From Rhodanobacter sp. (GTDB taxonomy: Bacteria; Pseudomonadota; Gammaproteobacteria; Xanthomonadales; Rhodanobacteraceae), in assembly GCA_035566635.1 (NCBI GenBank), contig DATMQY010000005.1, forward strand, positions 223,562 through 287,561: a DNA stretch of 64,000 nucleotides, in the 5' to 3' direction. Every line of letters starts with the position of its first letter. Position 1 is the stretch's first letter. This document shows, piece by piece, positions 9,200 through 19,474 of this stretch. The notes under the pieces are model-generated. The model was not told where the DNA came from and made no database searches. It saw nothing but the letters and a program-made list of their open reading frames with translations. Both the position numbers and the translations under genes were made by a program.

Positions 9200-9380
9200 G
9201 GGATGTCCTCTGTTGAGCCGGCCGTACGTAAGGGGTAGTTACGGCCAGAGTGGTGTATCAGGTTGACTATCATAACCGTGGCACGGGCCGTGTACAGACA
9301 CCGGATTCCTGAGCAACCGTCAGCCCTGGCCGTGGCAGGCTGTGCGTCGAATGATCGCCCCGTCCAGGCCGCGCCGCCGC

Positions 9381-10073
9381 TCAGTTCACGATAAAACGGT
9401 AGCCCACGCCCGGCTCCGTCTTCAGCCAGCGTGGCGCGGTCGGGTCGTCGCCCAGCTTCTGGCGCAACTTGCCCAGCACGATGCGCAGGTACTGGCTGTC
9501 GCTGGTATGGGTCGGCCCCCACACCGCGCGCAACAGCTGCTGCTGGGTGACCACCCGGCCGGCATGGCGCAGCAGCAGTTCCAGCACGGCGTATTCCTTG
9601 CGGGTCAAGGCCAGCGGCGCACCATCCAGGCTCACCTCGCGGCGTGCCAGGTCGATGCTGAGCCGGCCGTCGTCATAGCGTGGCGCCGACTCCGGTTCAC
9701 CGGGACGGTTGCGCAATAGCGCACGCAGGCGCGCCATCAGCTCCTGGATGCCGAACGGTTTGGTCACGTAGTCGTTGGCGCCATGATCGAGCGCATGCAC
9801 CTTCTCGCTCTCGGCGTCGCGCACGGAGAGCATCAGTACCGGCACCTGGCTCCACTGGCGCAGCTCGGCCAGCACGTCGTGGCCATCGCGATCGGGCAGG
9901 CCGATATCGAGAACCACCAGATCGGGCGACTGCATGGCCGCCAGCGCCAGCCCTTCCGCCGCGTTGGCGGCCAGCAGCACCTCGTAGCCTTCCGCGCGCA
10001 GGCCGATATCGAGGAAACGGCGGATCTGTGCCTCGTCGTCGATCACCAGGATGCGTGGAGCGGCTGAGGTCAT
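9381..10073 (-). CDS. kdpE: Response regulator KdpE (OmpR family)
   Basis: REC domain (ILVIDDE, LDIGLPD, KPF) plus winged helix (YLRIVLGKLRQKLGDDP, TEPGVGYR), downstream of kdpD. Confidence 0.93.
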   Translation of the reverse strand: MTSAAPRILVIDDEAQIRRFLDIGLRAEGYEVLLAANAAEGLALAAMQSPDLVVLDIGLPDRDGHDVLAELRQWSQVPVLMLSVRDAESEKVHALDHGANDYVTKPFGIQELMARLRALLRNRPGEPESAPRYDDGRLSIDLARREVSLDGAPLALTRKEYAVLELLLRHAGRVVTQQQLLRAVWGPTHTSDSQYLRIVLGKLRQKLGDDPTAPRWLKTEPGVGYRFIVN

Positions 10074-10083
10074 GGGGCTGGCG

Positions 10084-12750
10084 TCATGAGTCGGTATCGG
10101 GCGGCGGTGGCAAGGGCAGACTGATGCGGATGGTGGTGCCGATGCCGTCGCCGGGCAAGGCCTCCACGCTGCCGCCATGTGCGCCGATCATGCCGCGGCA
10201 GATCGCCAACCCCAGCCCGGTACCCTGCGGTGCGCGGTCGCCGCGCGATACCGAGTAGAACATGTCGAAGATGCGCACCCGCTCGTCTTCCGGTATGCCG
10301 GGGCCGCGATCGCTGACGTCGATCTGCAGGCGTTCGTCGTTGCTGTGCACGCTGACCCGTACTGGCTCGTCGGGCGGGGAGAAGCGCGCGGCGTTCTCCA
10401 GGATATTGAACAATGCCTGCTCGATCAGCGCCGGATGCACATAGAGCAGCAGCGGCTCGCTGGGTGACGCCGTCTCCACGCGCAGGTCTGGAAACAGCTT
10501 GCGCAGTCGCGTCACGGCCGCGGCAACGATCTCTGCGCTGTCGGTCCAGTCGCGGTTGAGCTTAAGCGTGCCGTGGCCGAGCCGGGTCATGTCGAGCAGG
10601 TTCTGGATGTAGCGGTCCAGCCGCTGCCCCTCGCCGAGAATCGCCTCCAGCAACTCGCGCCGTTCTTCCGGCGGCAGTTTCTGCTCGTAGCTGATCAGCG
10701 TGCCGGCGGCGCCGATCATCGAGGCCAGCGGCGAACGCAGGTCATGTGACACGGACGATAGCAGCGCGTTGCGCAGGCGCTCGGTCTCGCCCTGCACGCG
10801 TGCGCCTTCGAGTTCATCGGACAGTCGCGCACGCTCCAGCGCCTGGCCGATATCCTGCGTCATCGCCAGCGCGAGGCTGCGCTGGTCGGGATCGGGGTCC
10901 TTTATAACCGGATCGAAGCGCAATGCCATGGCGCCCAGCGGCCGGCTCTCACCACCCAGCGGCAGCACCCAGCATGGCGCGCCGTTCAAGGTATCGGTAT
11001 ATCGACCCGCCTGCTCGCCATGCCGGTCGCTCCAGTCGGCTGCGGCCAGATCCTGAGCCGACAGCACACGCTCCGGTGGCACGCTCGCCACCACGCGCAG
11101 CACCTGCTCCGCATCGCGGGCGAGGATCGCCACGTCGCAACGCAATGCATGCGCCAGCGCCTTGCTGCCGACGTCGCGGATGCCGCCGGCGTCAGTGCTG
11201 GTGGCCAGTTGCTGGCCCAGCGTGAGCAGCGCGCGCGCCTGCACGTGTGCGCCGCGCAAGGACTCCACCTGGCTGGCCAACCGCGTGGCGAGACGACTGC
11301 AGACCAGCGCCGCCACCAGGAACAGTGTCACCGCAAGCACGTCGTCGACGTTGGAGATCGCCAGGGTGTAGCGTGGTGGCGCAAAGAAGAAGTTGTAGCC
11401 GAGGAAACACATGATGGCCGTATAGACGGCCACTGACATGCGCGTGCGTACCGCCACCACCAGCACCGCGGTGAGGAAGATCAGTGACAGGTTTGCCACC
11501 GACAGGTAACGGTCGGCAACGAACGCCAGACCGAACGCGACTAGCGTGGTAAGCGTGGCGTAGATGTACTCACTACGCGAGCCACGCCCAGACGGCAGAC
11601 GCAACCGGCGGCGCGCCTTCGCCCGCTCGCTCGGCGTAGCGATGATCGTCAGCTCCAGGTGCGCACCGCGGCGTAGCAGCAACTGGGTCAGCGAACGACC
11701 CAACATGCGCGCCACCACACGCTCGCGGGTACGGCCGAGGATGATCTGGCCGACGCCCTCACGGTCGGCATGTGCGATCAGTTCATCCGCAATCGCGTGA
11801 CCGCGCAGGATGATCGCCTCGCCGCCGAGCCGGCGCGTCAGCCGCATTGCCGCATCCAGCTGCTCGCGTCGTGCAGGATCCAGCCTGGCGCCGGTATCGA
11901 CGTAGGCGACGCTCCACGGTGCACCGCGACGCTCGGCGATGCGCCTCGCCACGCGCACCAGGTACTCGCTCTGACCGTGGCCGTCGATCGCCGCCAGCAC
12001 GCGGCGACGCACCGTCATCGCGCTGCCGCGCGCCAGCATGTGCTCGCGCAGGTCGCTGTCCACATGACCGGCGATGGTGTCCACCGCCAGCTCGCGCAAC
12101 GCGGCCAGATTGGTGGGCGAGAAGAACGCATCGAGCGCGGCAGCAGCCGTTTCCGGCACGTAAACCTTGCCCTGCTTCAATCGCACGATCAGTTCGCGGG
12201 GTGGCAGATCGACCAGCACGATGTCACGCGCCCGATCGAGAAAGGCGTCGGGCACCGTCTCGCGCACGGTCACGCCGGTGATGCGCCGCACCTGGTCGTT
12301 GAGGCTTTCCAGGTGCTGCACATTGAGCGCGCTGTACACCTCGATGCCGGCATCGAGCAGCTCGGCGATATCCTGCCAACGCCGCTCGTGGCGGCCACCC
12401 GGCAAGTTGCGATGCGCCAGTTCGTCGACCAGCAGCACCGCCGGTTTACGCGCCAGCGCCGCATCCAGATCGAACTCGGTGAAATCGCGGTCGTGGTAAC
12501 GCACCGGTCGGCGTGGCAACACCTCCATGCCGTCCAGCAGCGCCGCGGTTTCGGCACGGCCGTGAGTCTCGACCACGCCGACCACCACGTCCACGCCCTG
12601 CCGCTTCAGCTCGCGCGCCGCCGACAGCATCGCGTAGGTCTTGCCGACACCGGGCGCGGCGCCGAGAAAGATCTTCAGTCGATGGTTACGCTCACCCTGC
12701 CCGGTGCTCAGCAGGGCATCGGCACGCGCTTCGCGGGATGGTTCGGTCAT
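10084..12750 (-). CDS. kdpD: Sensor histidine kinase KdpD
   Basis: LKIFLGAAPGVGKTYAML, VDELAH, USP-like domain, 4 TM segments, GAF, H-box SVSHDLRSPL, GTGLGLAIC. Confidence 0.97.
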   Translation of the reverse strand: MTEPSREARADALLSTGQGERNHRLKIFLGAAPGVGKTYAMLSAARELKRQGVDVVVGVVETHGRAETAALLDGMEVLPRRPVRYHDRDFTEFDLDAALARKPAVLLVDELAHRNLPGGRHERRWQDIAELLDAGIEVYSALNVQHLESLNDQVRRITGVTVRETVPDAFLDRARDIVLVDLPPRELIVRLKQGKVYVPETAAAALDAFFSPTNLAALRELAVDTIAGHVDSDLREHMLARGSAMTVRRRVLAAIDGHGQSEYLVRVARRIAERRGAPWSVAYVDTGARLDPARREQLDAAMRLTRRLGGEAIILRGHAIADELIAHADREGVGQIILGRTRERVVARMLGRSLTQLLLRRGAHLELTIIATPSERAKARRRLRLPSGRGSRSEYIYATLTTLVAFGLAFVADRYLSVANLSLIFLTAVLVVAVRTRMSVAVYTAIMCFLGYNFFFAPPRYTLAISNVDDVLAVTLFLVAALVCSRLATRLASQVESLRGAHVQARALLTLGQQLATSTDAGGIRDVGSKALAHALRCDVAILARDAEQVLRVVASVPPERVLSAQDLAAADWSDRHGEQAGRYTDTLNGAPCWVLPLGGESRPLGAMALRFDPVIKDPDPDQRSLALAMTQDIGQALERARLSDELEGARVQGETERLRNALLSSVSHDLRSPLASMIGAAGTLISYEQKLPPEERRELLEAILGEGQRLDRYIQNLLDMTRLGHGTLKLNRDWTDSAEIVAAAVTRLRKLFPDLRVETASPSEPLLLYVHPALIEQALFNILENAARFSPPDEPVRVSVHSNDERLQIDVSDRGPGIPEDERVRIFDMFYSVSRGDRAPQGTGLGLAICRGMIGAHGGSVEALPGDGIGTTIRISLPLPPPPDTDS

Positions 12751-12797
12751 GCCCAGAGTTTGATCATGCGTGAAGCGATCCGGTAAGTAGCACTACG

Positions 12798-13397
12798 TTA
12801 GCGCGATCCGATGCCTTGCGCCTGCACTGCATCCAGCGCGAGGTTGAGCTGCAGCACGTTCACCCGTGGCTCGCCAAGCAGGCCGAGCTGACGACTGCGG
12901 GTGTATTCGCTCACCAGCGCCTTTAAATGCGCGGTGCCGAGTCCACGCGCCTTCGCCACGCGCGCCAGCTGGTATTGCGCCGCGGCCGGGCTGATCTCCG
13001 GATCGAGGCCGCTGCCAGAGGCGGTGACCAGATCCACCGGCACCGGCGCGGTATTGCCCGGGTCGGCCGCACGCAGCGCGACCATGCGCTGCTTCACCGC
13101 ATCGGTGAGTGCCGGATTGGTCGGCCCCAGGTTGGAGCCGCCGGAGTTGGTGCCGTTGTCCGCCTGCGGCGTGGTCGTGGACGGCCGACCCCAGAAATAT
13201 TTCGGGTCGGTGAACGACTGGCCGATCAGCGCGGAACCGACCGGCTTGCCGTCCTTCACGATCAGGCTGCCGTTGGCCTGGTGCGGAAAGATCAGCTGGG
13301 CCAGCCCGGTGGCGGCCAGCGGATAAAGCACGCCGGTGATCACCGTCATCAGCAACAGCAGCATCACGGCATTGCGCAAGAGCTTGGTCATGGCCAT
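12798..13397 (-). CDS. kdpC: Kdp-ATPase subunit C
   Basis: QANGSLI...[56 protein letters not shown]. Confidence 0.97.
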   Translation of the reverse strand: MAMTKLLRNAVMLLLLMTVITGVLYPLAATGLAQLIFPHQANGSLIVKDGKPVGSALIGQSFTDPKYFWGRPSTTTPQADNGTNSGGSNLGPTNPALTDAVKQRMVALRAADPGNTAPVPVDLVTASGSGLDPEISPAAAQYQLARVAKARGLGTAHLKALVSEYTRSRQLGLLGEPRVNVLQLNLALDAVQAQGIGSR

Positions 13398-13401
13398 CAC
13401 C

Positions 13402-14919
13402 TCAGTAGTGCAGGATCGCGTCGAGCAGCGCGGTCACCTGATAGTTCTTCTTGCCGCCGTCATACGCCGGGAAATCATAAGCACGCTCGTAGCGGAATTC
13501 CGGCCGGATCTCCAGATCCGGCGACACCCAGTGGGTCATGCCGATCGTGTGGCTGGAGTAGCGCGTGGCGAAACCGGTGCGCTGACCCTGCGCGTCCTTA
13601 TAGAACTCGTTCCGGATCGATATCATGTTGCTCGGGTCGAGCTCGATGTTGAAGTAGTTGACGACGCCGTAAGCGGGGTTGTTGCCCAGCGGGAAATTCG
13701 GTGCCTGCCCAAGCGGATACCCGGGCTTTCCGGTCGGTGCTTGTGACTCCCAGGGGTCGGTAGTCAGAGCCTGGTCGCGTACGTAAATGCGATAGGCCTC
13801 CGTCAACATATGCACATTGGGGCTGAAACGGTGGCCCCAGGTCAGCACGAATTCCTGCAAATTGTTGTAGGTCTGCTTGGATTTGTTATACGACTCCACG
13901 CAGGGATACAGCATGTCGTTGTTGGACTTGGACACCCAGCGCACGCAGGCCTGCGCGCTCAGCCGGCTGGTGCTGTCCCAGATCGCCGAATCGTCGCCGC
14001 CATGCACTCCGAGCTGCAGCGTCCACTGGTCGCTGAGCTTGGTGGTGGTGATGATGCCCATGTTGGTATACGCATCGACGGTGTACAGGATCGAGTGCGT
14101 CATCAGGTAATTATTGGGCGAGAACTGCGCCTCGATGTCGGGCAGCGACAGATAACGACCCGCAGTGATCACCATGCCCTGCGCGACCCACGGGATGTAC
14201 AGGTCCACATACGCGATCATCGGATCGTTGCCGTAGATCTTGCCGTTGAGCGGCTGGCTCGGCGCGGGATGGTTGAGCAGCTGGTCGCTGGTCACTCCCT
14301 TCATCGTGGTGTAGTGGTAGTCGTAGCCGTAGAGATCGTCGAAATGGAAGCCCCAGTCGATGTGATCGGTCTGCACCGTGTCGGGAACGCGCTGGATGCG
14401 GAACAACGCCTGGTCGAATTCCACCCGGTTCGGCCGCGTCGCGTAGGACAGCGGATAGTTCGTGAAATTCGAGCTGCTGAGGTTCATCGACGGATTGATC
14501 CAGCCATACATCTCGATGCGGTTGTCCTGCATCCAGTGGCCAACGCTGGTGCACGACAGTGCCTTCTCCAGCGGATACTGCGAGTTTTCGTTCGGCACGC
14601 CTATCGGAAATTCCACGCCGCCAAGCTGCCACTCGGCCGACGGGAACGGTGGCGAGCTGAACGGTGAATCCATGCCGCGGCGCTTGGCGGCAGGCGCGTT
14701 CGGATCGGCCGGCTGCGCGTCCTCGCGATAGGCGGCGGCCAGACGGCTGAGGAATCCCGCAGAACAATCGTTGCTGGCGACATGCGTGGATGCCGGTGTC
14801 GATATGACCGATTGCGGATCCGGTGTATTACTGCCTGATCCCGCAGTCGTGGCCATCAATTGGCCGATCGGCAGCATCGCGAACAGGACTGCACTGGAAA
14901 GCATTTTCTTGCACAACAT
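13402..14919 (-). CDS. Outer-membrane beta-barrel protein (BBP2/OmpL-like putative porin) inside the kdp operon
   Basis: Signal peptide [23 protein letters not shown], aromatic-rich amphipathic strands, C-terminal aromatic residue (ILHY). The motifs [11 protein letters not shown] and [12 protein letters not shown] resemble the BBP2 family (from memory). Confidence 0.75.
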   Translation of the reverse strand: MLCKKMLSSAVLFAMLPIGQLMATTAGSGSNTPDPQSVISTPASTHVASNDCSAGFLSRLAAAYREDAQPADPNAPAAKRRGMDSPFSSPPFPSAEWQLGGVEFPIGVPNENSQYPLEKALSCTSVGHWMQDNRIEMYGWINPSMNLSSSNFTNYPLSYATRPNRVEFDQALFRIQRVPDTVQTDHIDWGFHFDDLYGYDYHYTTMKGVTSDQLLNHPAPSQPLNGKIYGNDPMIAYVDLYIPWVAQGMVITAGRYLSLPDIEAQFSPNNYLMTHSILYTVDAYTNMGIITTTKLSDQWTLQLGVHGGDDSAIWDSTSRLSAQACVRWVSKSNNDMLYPCVESYNKSKQTYNNLQEFVLTWGHRFSPNVHMLTEAYRIYVRDQALTTDPWESQAPTGKPGYPLGQAPNFPLGNNPAYGVVNYFNIELDPSNMISIRNEFYKDAQGQRTGFATRYSSHTIGMTHWVSPDLEIRPEFRYERAYDFPAYDGGKKNYQVTALLDAILHY

Positions 14920-14989
14920 AGGAAACCCCTGCAACGGCGGTTCGCATCGAACCGCATCTGGTGGTGAATGAAAAATATCTCGTGTGGTG

Positions 14990-15202
14990 TCAGATGCCGG
15001 CGTAACCGCCAAGCACGTAATCGTCGTTGTCACCGCGCGATGCCTCCGTATCGCGTGGCACCGCGGTCACCTGAGCTGTCCGGCTCGACTGCATGGGCAG
15101 GGCAATGATCACATCGCAGTCCGAATCGTTGGCCGACAACCGCAGCTCCATGTCGGGATGGGTTTCGTCGGGCATCGATACCGAAAGTTTCAGCGTTTGC
15201 AT
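14990..15202 (-). CDS. Small acidic hypothetical protein (70 aa) directly after kdpB
   Basis: kdpB stop TGA is followed by GGAG-N7-ATG. Protein: MQTLKLSVSMPDETHPDMELRLSANDSDCDVII...DNDDYVLGGYAGI. Confidence 0.6.
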   Translation of the reverse strand: MQTLKLSVSMPDETHPDMELRLSANDSDCDVIIALPMQSSRTAQVTAVPRDTEASRGDNDDYVLGGYAGI

Positions 15203-15213
15203 GACTTCACTCC

Positions 15214-17286
15214 TCACGCCAGCCCGCACAGGACCAGCAGCATGTCGATGATCTTGATGCCGAGGAACGGCACCGCGATGCCGCCCAGGCCGTAAACCAG
15301 CAGGTTCCGGCGCAGCAGCGCGCCAGCGCCGAGCGCACGGTACTTCACACCTTTCAGCGCCAGCGGTATCAGGAAGATGATGATCAGCGCGTTGAAGATC
15401 ACCGCCGACAGGATCGCGCTCTGCGGCGTCGCCAGATGCATCACGTTGAGCGCGTTGAGCGCCGGATAGGTTGTCGCGAACGCGGCCGGAATGATCGCGA
15501 AGTACTTCGCGATGTCGTTGGAAATCGAGAACGTGGTCAGCGAGCCGCGGGTGATCAGCATCTGCTTGCCGATCTCCACCACCTCGATCAGCTTGGTCGG
15601 GTTGGAGTCGAGGTCGACCATGTTGCCGGCTTCCTTCGCGGCCTGCGTACCGGTGTTCATCGCCACCGCCACGTCGGCCTGGGCCAGTGCCGGCGCATCG
15701 TTGGTGCCGTCGCCGCACATCGCCACCAGCCGGTTCTCGGCCTGGATGTCGCGGATCAGCTTGAGTTTGGCTTCCGGCGTGGCTTCGGCGAGGAAATCGT
15801 CGACACCGGCCTCAGCGGCGATCGCCGCGGCGGTAAGCGGGTTGTCGCCGGTGATCATGATGGTCTTGATGCCCATCCGGCGCATCTCGGCGAAGCGCTC
15901 CTTGATGCCGCCCTTGACGATGTCCTTCAGCTCGATCACGCCTAGTGCGCGGGGGCCTTCGGTGACGATCAGCGGGGTAGCGCCGCGCCGCGCGATGTCC
16001 TCGGCCATGCGCTTGACCAACGGCGGAAGATGGCTGTTCTGCGCCTCCAGATGCTTCTCCACGGCATCCAGTGCACCCTTGCGGATCTGCCGCGTACCGA
16101 AATCAACGCCGCTCATGCGGGTCTGCGCGGTGAACGGCACGAACTGCGCGTGCATCGCCTCAAGCTGCTGTTCACGCAACCCGAAGTTATCCTTCGCCAG
16201 CACCACGATGCTGCGACCCTCCGGTGTTTCGTCGGCGAGCGAGGCAAGCTGCGCAGCCTCGGCCATGATCTTTTCGTCAATGCCCGGTGCCGGATAAAAC
16301 GCCACCGCCTGGCGATTGCCCAGCGTGATGGTGCCGGTCTTGTCCAGCAGCAACACGTCGACGTCGCCAGCAGCCTCGACCGCACGGCCCGAAGTGGCAA
16401 TCACGTTGGCGCGGATCATCCGATCCATGCCGGCGATGCCGATCGCCGACAGCAGCGCGCCGATCGTGGTGGGAATCAGGCAGACCAGCAGCGCGACCAG
16501 CACAGTGAGCGTGATCGGATGCCCCACGCCGGCGACCTGCACGCTGTAGATCGAATACGGCAGCAGCGTGGCGCAGGCGAGCAGGAAGATCAGGGTGAAC
16601 TTCGCCAGCAGGATCGTCAGCGCGATCTCGTTCGGCGTCTTGCGCCGCTTGGAGCCTTCGACCATCGCGATCATGCGGTCGAGGAAGCTCTCGCCGGGGT
16701 TGCTGGTGATGCGCACCACCAGCCAGTCCGACAGCACCCGCGTGCCGCCGGTAACCGCGCTGCGGTCGCCACCGGATTCGCGGATCACCGGCGCGGATTC
16801 GCCGGTGATCGCGCTTTCGTCCACGCTGGCCGCGCCGACCACCACTTCGCCGTCGCCGGGCATCTGCTCACCGGCCTCGACCAGCACGTGATTGCCGGTA
16901 CGCAGATCGCTGGACGGGACGAACGTGATCGCCGCCGTGCGATCGGGGCCCGCCAGTTTCTTCGCGATCACATCCTTGCGCGAACTGCGTAGTGCATCGG
17001 CCTGCGCCTTGCCACGACCTTCCGCCAGCGCCTCGGCGAAGTTCGCGAACAGCAGCGTGAACCACAGCCACAGGCTGACCCAGAAGATGAAACCGGTCGG
17101 CGCCTCGCCATGACCGGCGAGCGCCTGCACCCACAGCAAGGTGGTCAGCACGCTGCAGACGAATACAACGAACATCACCGGATTGCGGAACTGCAATCGT
17201 GGCGACAGCTTGCGGAACGAATCGGCCATCGCCGTGAGAACCAGCTCGCGGTTGAAGCCGCTAACTGCATGCGTTTGCGAAGTCAT
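15214..17286 (-). CDS. kdpB: Kdp-ATPase subunit B (P-type ATPase)
   Basis: NPVMFVV, TGES, DKTGT phosphorylation site, [17 protein letters not shown]. Confidence 0.98.
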   Translation of the reverse strand: MTSQTHAVSGFNRELVLTAMADSFRKLSPRLQFRNPVMFVVFVCSVLTTLLWVQALAGHGEAPTGFIFWVSLWLWFTLLFANFAEALAEGRGKAQADALRSSRKDVIAKKLAGPDRTAAITFVPSSDLRTGNHVLVEAGEQMPGDGEVVVGAASVDESAITGESAPVIRESGGDRSAVTGGTRVLSDWLVVRITSNPGESFLDRMIAMVEGSKRRKTPNEIALTILLAKFTLIFLLACATLLPYSIYSVQVAGVGHPITLTVLVALLVCLIPTTIGALLSAIGIAGMDRMIRANVIATSGRAVEAAGDVDVLLLDKTGTITLGNRQAVAFYPAPGIDEKIMAEAAQLASLADETPEGRSIVVLAKDNFGLREQQLEAMHAQFVPFTAQTRMSGVDFGTRQIRKGALDAVEKHLEAQNSHLPPLVKRMAEDIARRGATPLIVTEGPRALGVIELKDIVKGGIKERFAEMRRMGIKTIMITGDNPLTAAAIAAEAGVDDFLAEATPEAKLKLIRDIQAENRLVAMCGDGTNDAPALAQADVAVAMNTGTQAAKEAGNMVDLDSNPTKLIEVVEIGKQMLITRGSLTTFSISNDIAKYFAIIPAAFATTYPALNALNVMHLATPQSAILSAVIFNALIIIFLIPLALKGVKYRALGAGALLRRNLLVYGLGGIAVPFLGIKIIDMLLVLCGLA

Positions 17287-17307
17287 GGAATCAGTGTCCC
17301 GAATGGA

Positions 17308-19110
17308 TCAGTGGGCCGACATCAGATATTCGGCGATCGGCCCGAGGGCCAGCGCCGGCAGGAAGGTGAGCGCGCCGATCACGATCACCACGCAGGCCAG
17401 CAGCGTGATGAACAGCGGCGTATGCGTAGGCAGCGTGCCGGCCGATTCGGGCACGTGCCGCTTGGCCGCGAGCGAGCCGGCCAACGCCAGCATCGCGATG
17501 GCGAGCGGATAGCGGGCGAGGAACATGCAGATGCTGAGCAGCACGTTCCAGAACGGTGTGTTCGCCGAGAGTCCGCCGAACGCGCTGCCGTTGTTGTTGG
17601 AGGCCGAGCTGACCGCGTAGAGGATCTCGCTGAAGCCGTGCGCCCCGGGATTGGCGATACCCGCCACCCCGGCAGGCACCATCACTGCGACCGCCGTGCC
17701 GATCACCACCAGCGCGCACGGCAGCAGCACCGCGAGGCTGGCCATCTTCATCTCGTACGCCTCGATCTTCTTGCCGAGGTATTCCGGCGTGCGGCCCACC
17801 ATCAAGCCGGCGATGAATACCGCCACTACAGCGAACGCGAGCATGCCGTACAGACCCGAGCCGACGCCGCCGAAGATCACCTCGCCGAGCTGGATCAGCC
17901 ACATCGGCACCAGGCCACCCAGCGGCGTCAACGAATCGTGCATCGCGTTCACCGCACCGCAGGACGCTGCCGTGGTGATCGCCGCGAACAGACCGGACGA
18001 AGCGATGCCGAAGCGCGTCTCCTTGCCCTCCATGTTGCCGCCGGCCTGCAGCGTCGAGGCGTGCTGATCGACCGCCAGTCCATGCAGCGCGGGGTTGCCG
18101 GCCTGCTCGGCTGCAACCAGGGCGATCGTCAGCGGAATGAAGATCAGCAGCATGGTGGCGAGGATGGCCCAGCCCTGGCGCCGATCGCCTACCAGCTTGC
18201 CGAACATGTAGCAGAGGCTGCCAGGAATCAGGAAGATCGCCAGCATCTCGATGAAGTTGGAGAACGGCGTGGGGTTCTCGTACGGATGCGCCGAGTTCGC
18301 GTTGAAGAAGCCACCGCCATTGGTGCCGAGCATCTTGATCGCGATCTGCGACGCAGCCGGCCCCATCGGCAGGGTCTGCGTGGTGAGCGGCGTTTCTTTG
18401 GTCACTTCATGACCTACGGCATCTTTCACCGCATTGCCGGCCGCATCCTTCACCGTCTCGGTGTAGCTGCTGGTCTGCAGGACCGGCACATCCACATACG
18501 GCCTGAAGTTCTGCACCACGCCCTGCGATACCAGCAGCAGCGCGATCAGCAACGACAGCGGCATCAGCACGTACAGCGTGCTGCGCGTGAGATCGACCCA
18601 GAAGTTGCCGATGCTGAGCGAGCTGCGCCGGGCAAAGCCGCGTACCACCGCCACCAGCACCGCAATGCCGGTCGCCGCGGAGAGGAAGTTCTGCACCGCC
18701 AGACCTGACATCTGGGTCAGGTAGCTCATCGTCGACTCGCCGACGTAGCCCTGCCAGTTGGTATTGGTAGCGAAGCTGATCGCGGTGTTCATTGCCGAAT
18801 CCGGCGACACCGCGCCGAAGTGCTGCGGATTCAGCGGCAGCCACTGCTGCACGCGCTGCAGCACATACACCGCCAGCACGCCGAGCACGTTGAACAGCAG
18901 CATGGCCAGCGCGTAGCGCTTCCAGCTCATGCCATCGTCACTGCGGATGCCGCATAGACGATAGATGCCGCGCTCCACGCGGGCGCCGAAACGTGTGACC
19001 CGGTTCGGTGCATCCGCGAACACCAGCGCCATGTAGCTGCCCACCGGCTTCACCAGCAGCAGCAACACGACCAGGTACAGGCCGACCTGCAGGAAATCAT
19101 TGGTGGTCAT
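17308..19110 (-). CDS. kdpA: Kdp-ATPase subunit A
   Basis: SFATNTNWQGY, LGTNGGGFFNANSAHPYENP, GGVGSGLYG, NNGSAFGGL selectivity-filter motifs. Confidence 0.98.
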   Translation of the reverse strand: MTTNDFLQVGLYLVVLLLLVKPVGSYMALVFADAPNRVTRFGARVERGIYRLCGIRSDDGMSWKRYALAMLLFNVLGVLAVYVLQRVQQWLPLNPQHFGAVSPDSAMNTAISFATNTNWQGYVGESTMSYLTQMSGLAVQNFLSAATGIAVLVAVVRGFARRSSLSIGNFWVDLTRSTLYVLMPLSLLIALLLVSQGVVQNFRPYVDVPVLQTSSYTETVKDAAGNAVKDAVGHEVTKETPLTTQTLPMGPAASQIAIKMLGTNGGGFFNANSAHPYENPTPFSNFIEMLAIFLIPGSLCYMFGKLVGDRRQGWAILATMLLIFIPLTIALVAAEQAGNPALHGLAVDQHASTLQAGGNMEGKETRFGIASSGLFAAITTAASCGAVNAMHDSLTPLGGLVPMWLIQLGEVIFGGVGSGLYGMLAFAVVAVFIAGLMVGRTPEYLGKKIEAYEMKMASLAVLLPCALVVIGTAVAVMVPAGVAGIANPGAHGFSEILYAVSSASNNNGSAFGGLSANTPFWNVLLSICMFLARYPLAIAMLALAGSLAAKRHVPESAGTLPTHTPLFITLLACVVIVIGALTFLPALALGPIAEYLMSAH

Positions 19111-19199
19111 TCGAACCACTCCGGCTTGAGCAGGGCAACACACAGGTAGCCGGCCAGCGCCACGGCGATCAGGCCGGCGAGGACATAGAGGACATTCAT
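19107..19199 (-). CDS. kdpF: Kdp-ATPase subunit F (30 aa)
   Basis: Translated by hand: MNVLYVLAGLIAVALAGYLCVALLKPEWFE*, matching the KdpF YL..ALL.PE.F pattern. The stop overlaps the kdpA ATG. Confidence 0.92.
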   Translation of the reverse strand: MNVLYVLAGLIAVALAGYLCVALLKPEWFE

Positions 19200-19244
19200 G
19201 ACTGGGAACTCAGGCAGTGGAGGAAGGCAGACTCGGCAACCGGT

Positions 19245-19337
19245 CTACTTGCGCGGACTCAGCCGGTCGCAGATCAGCGCAAAGCCCAGCGTGGCCGCGC
19301 ACAGCACGAGCAGGAACAACAGGTAGACGAAATCCAT
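19245..19337 (-). CDS. Second small hydrophobic peptide (30 aa) upstream of kdpF
   Basis: Translated by hand: MDFVYLLFLLVLCAATLGFALICDRLSPRK*. GGAG RBS upstream, single TM helix. Confidence 0.7.
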   Translation of the reverse strand: MDFVYLLFLLVLCAATLGFALICDRLSPRK

Positions 19338-19414
19338 CGGCGTCGACTCCATGAAAGGACGACGCACACTGTAGGAAGTACCGCATAAGATCGGGGTAGC
19401 GATTCGGCCGCTAC

Positions 19415-19432
19415 GCGTATAGAACGCGTAAA
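19415..19432 (-). promoter_or_regulatory. Candidate KdpE-binding tandem repeat
   Basis: Minus strand TTTACGC-gttc-TATACGC (11-bp periodicity), upstream of a -10-like TACAGT at 19368-19373. Confidence 0.45.
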
Positions 19433-19474
19433 GTTTTCCGGGCGGCGTGTGGATCGCGGATCAGGCAGTCATGT

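Noticed and set aside
9240-9310. LexA box upstream of ssb
   Set aside because: No CTGT-N8-ACAG or other clear palindrome found by eye.
17110-18708. 532-aa plus-strand ORF and similar long antisense ORFs (24595-26778, 44061-45968, 47443-49062, 55543-57597)
   Set aside because: They are shadow frames opposite well-supported genes, as expected in high-GC DNA, and carry no recognisable motifs.
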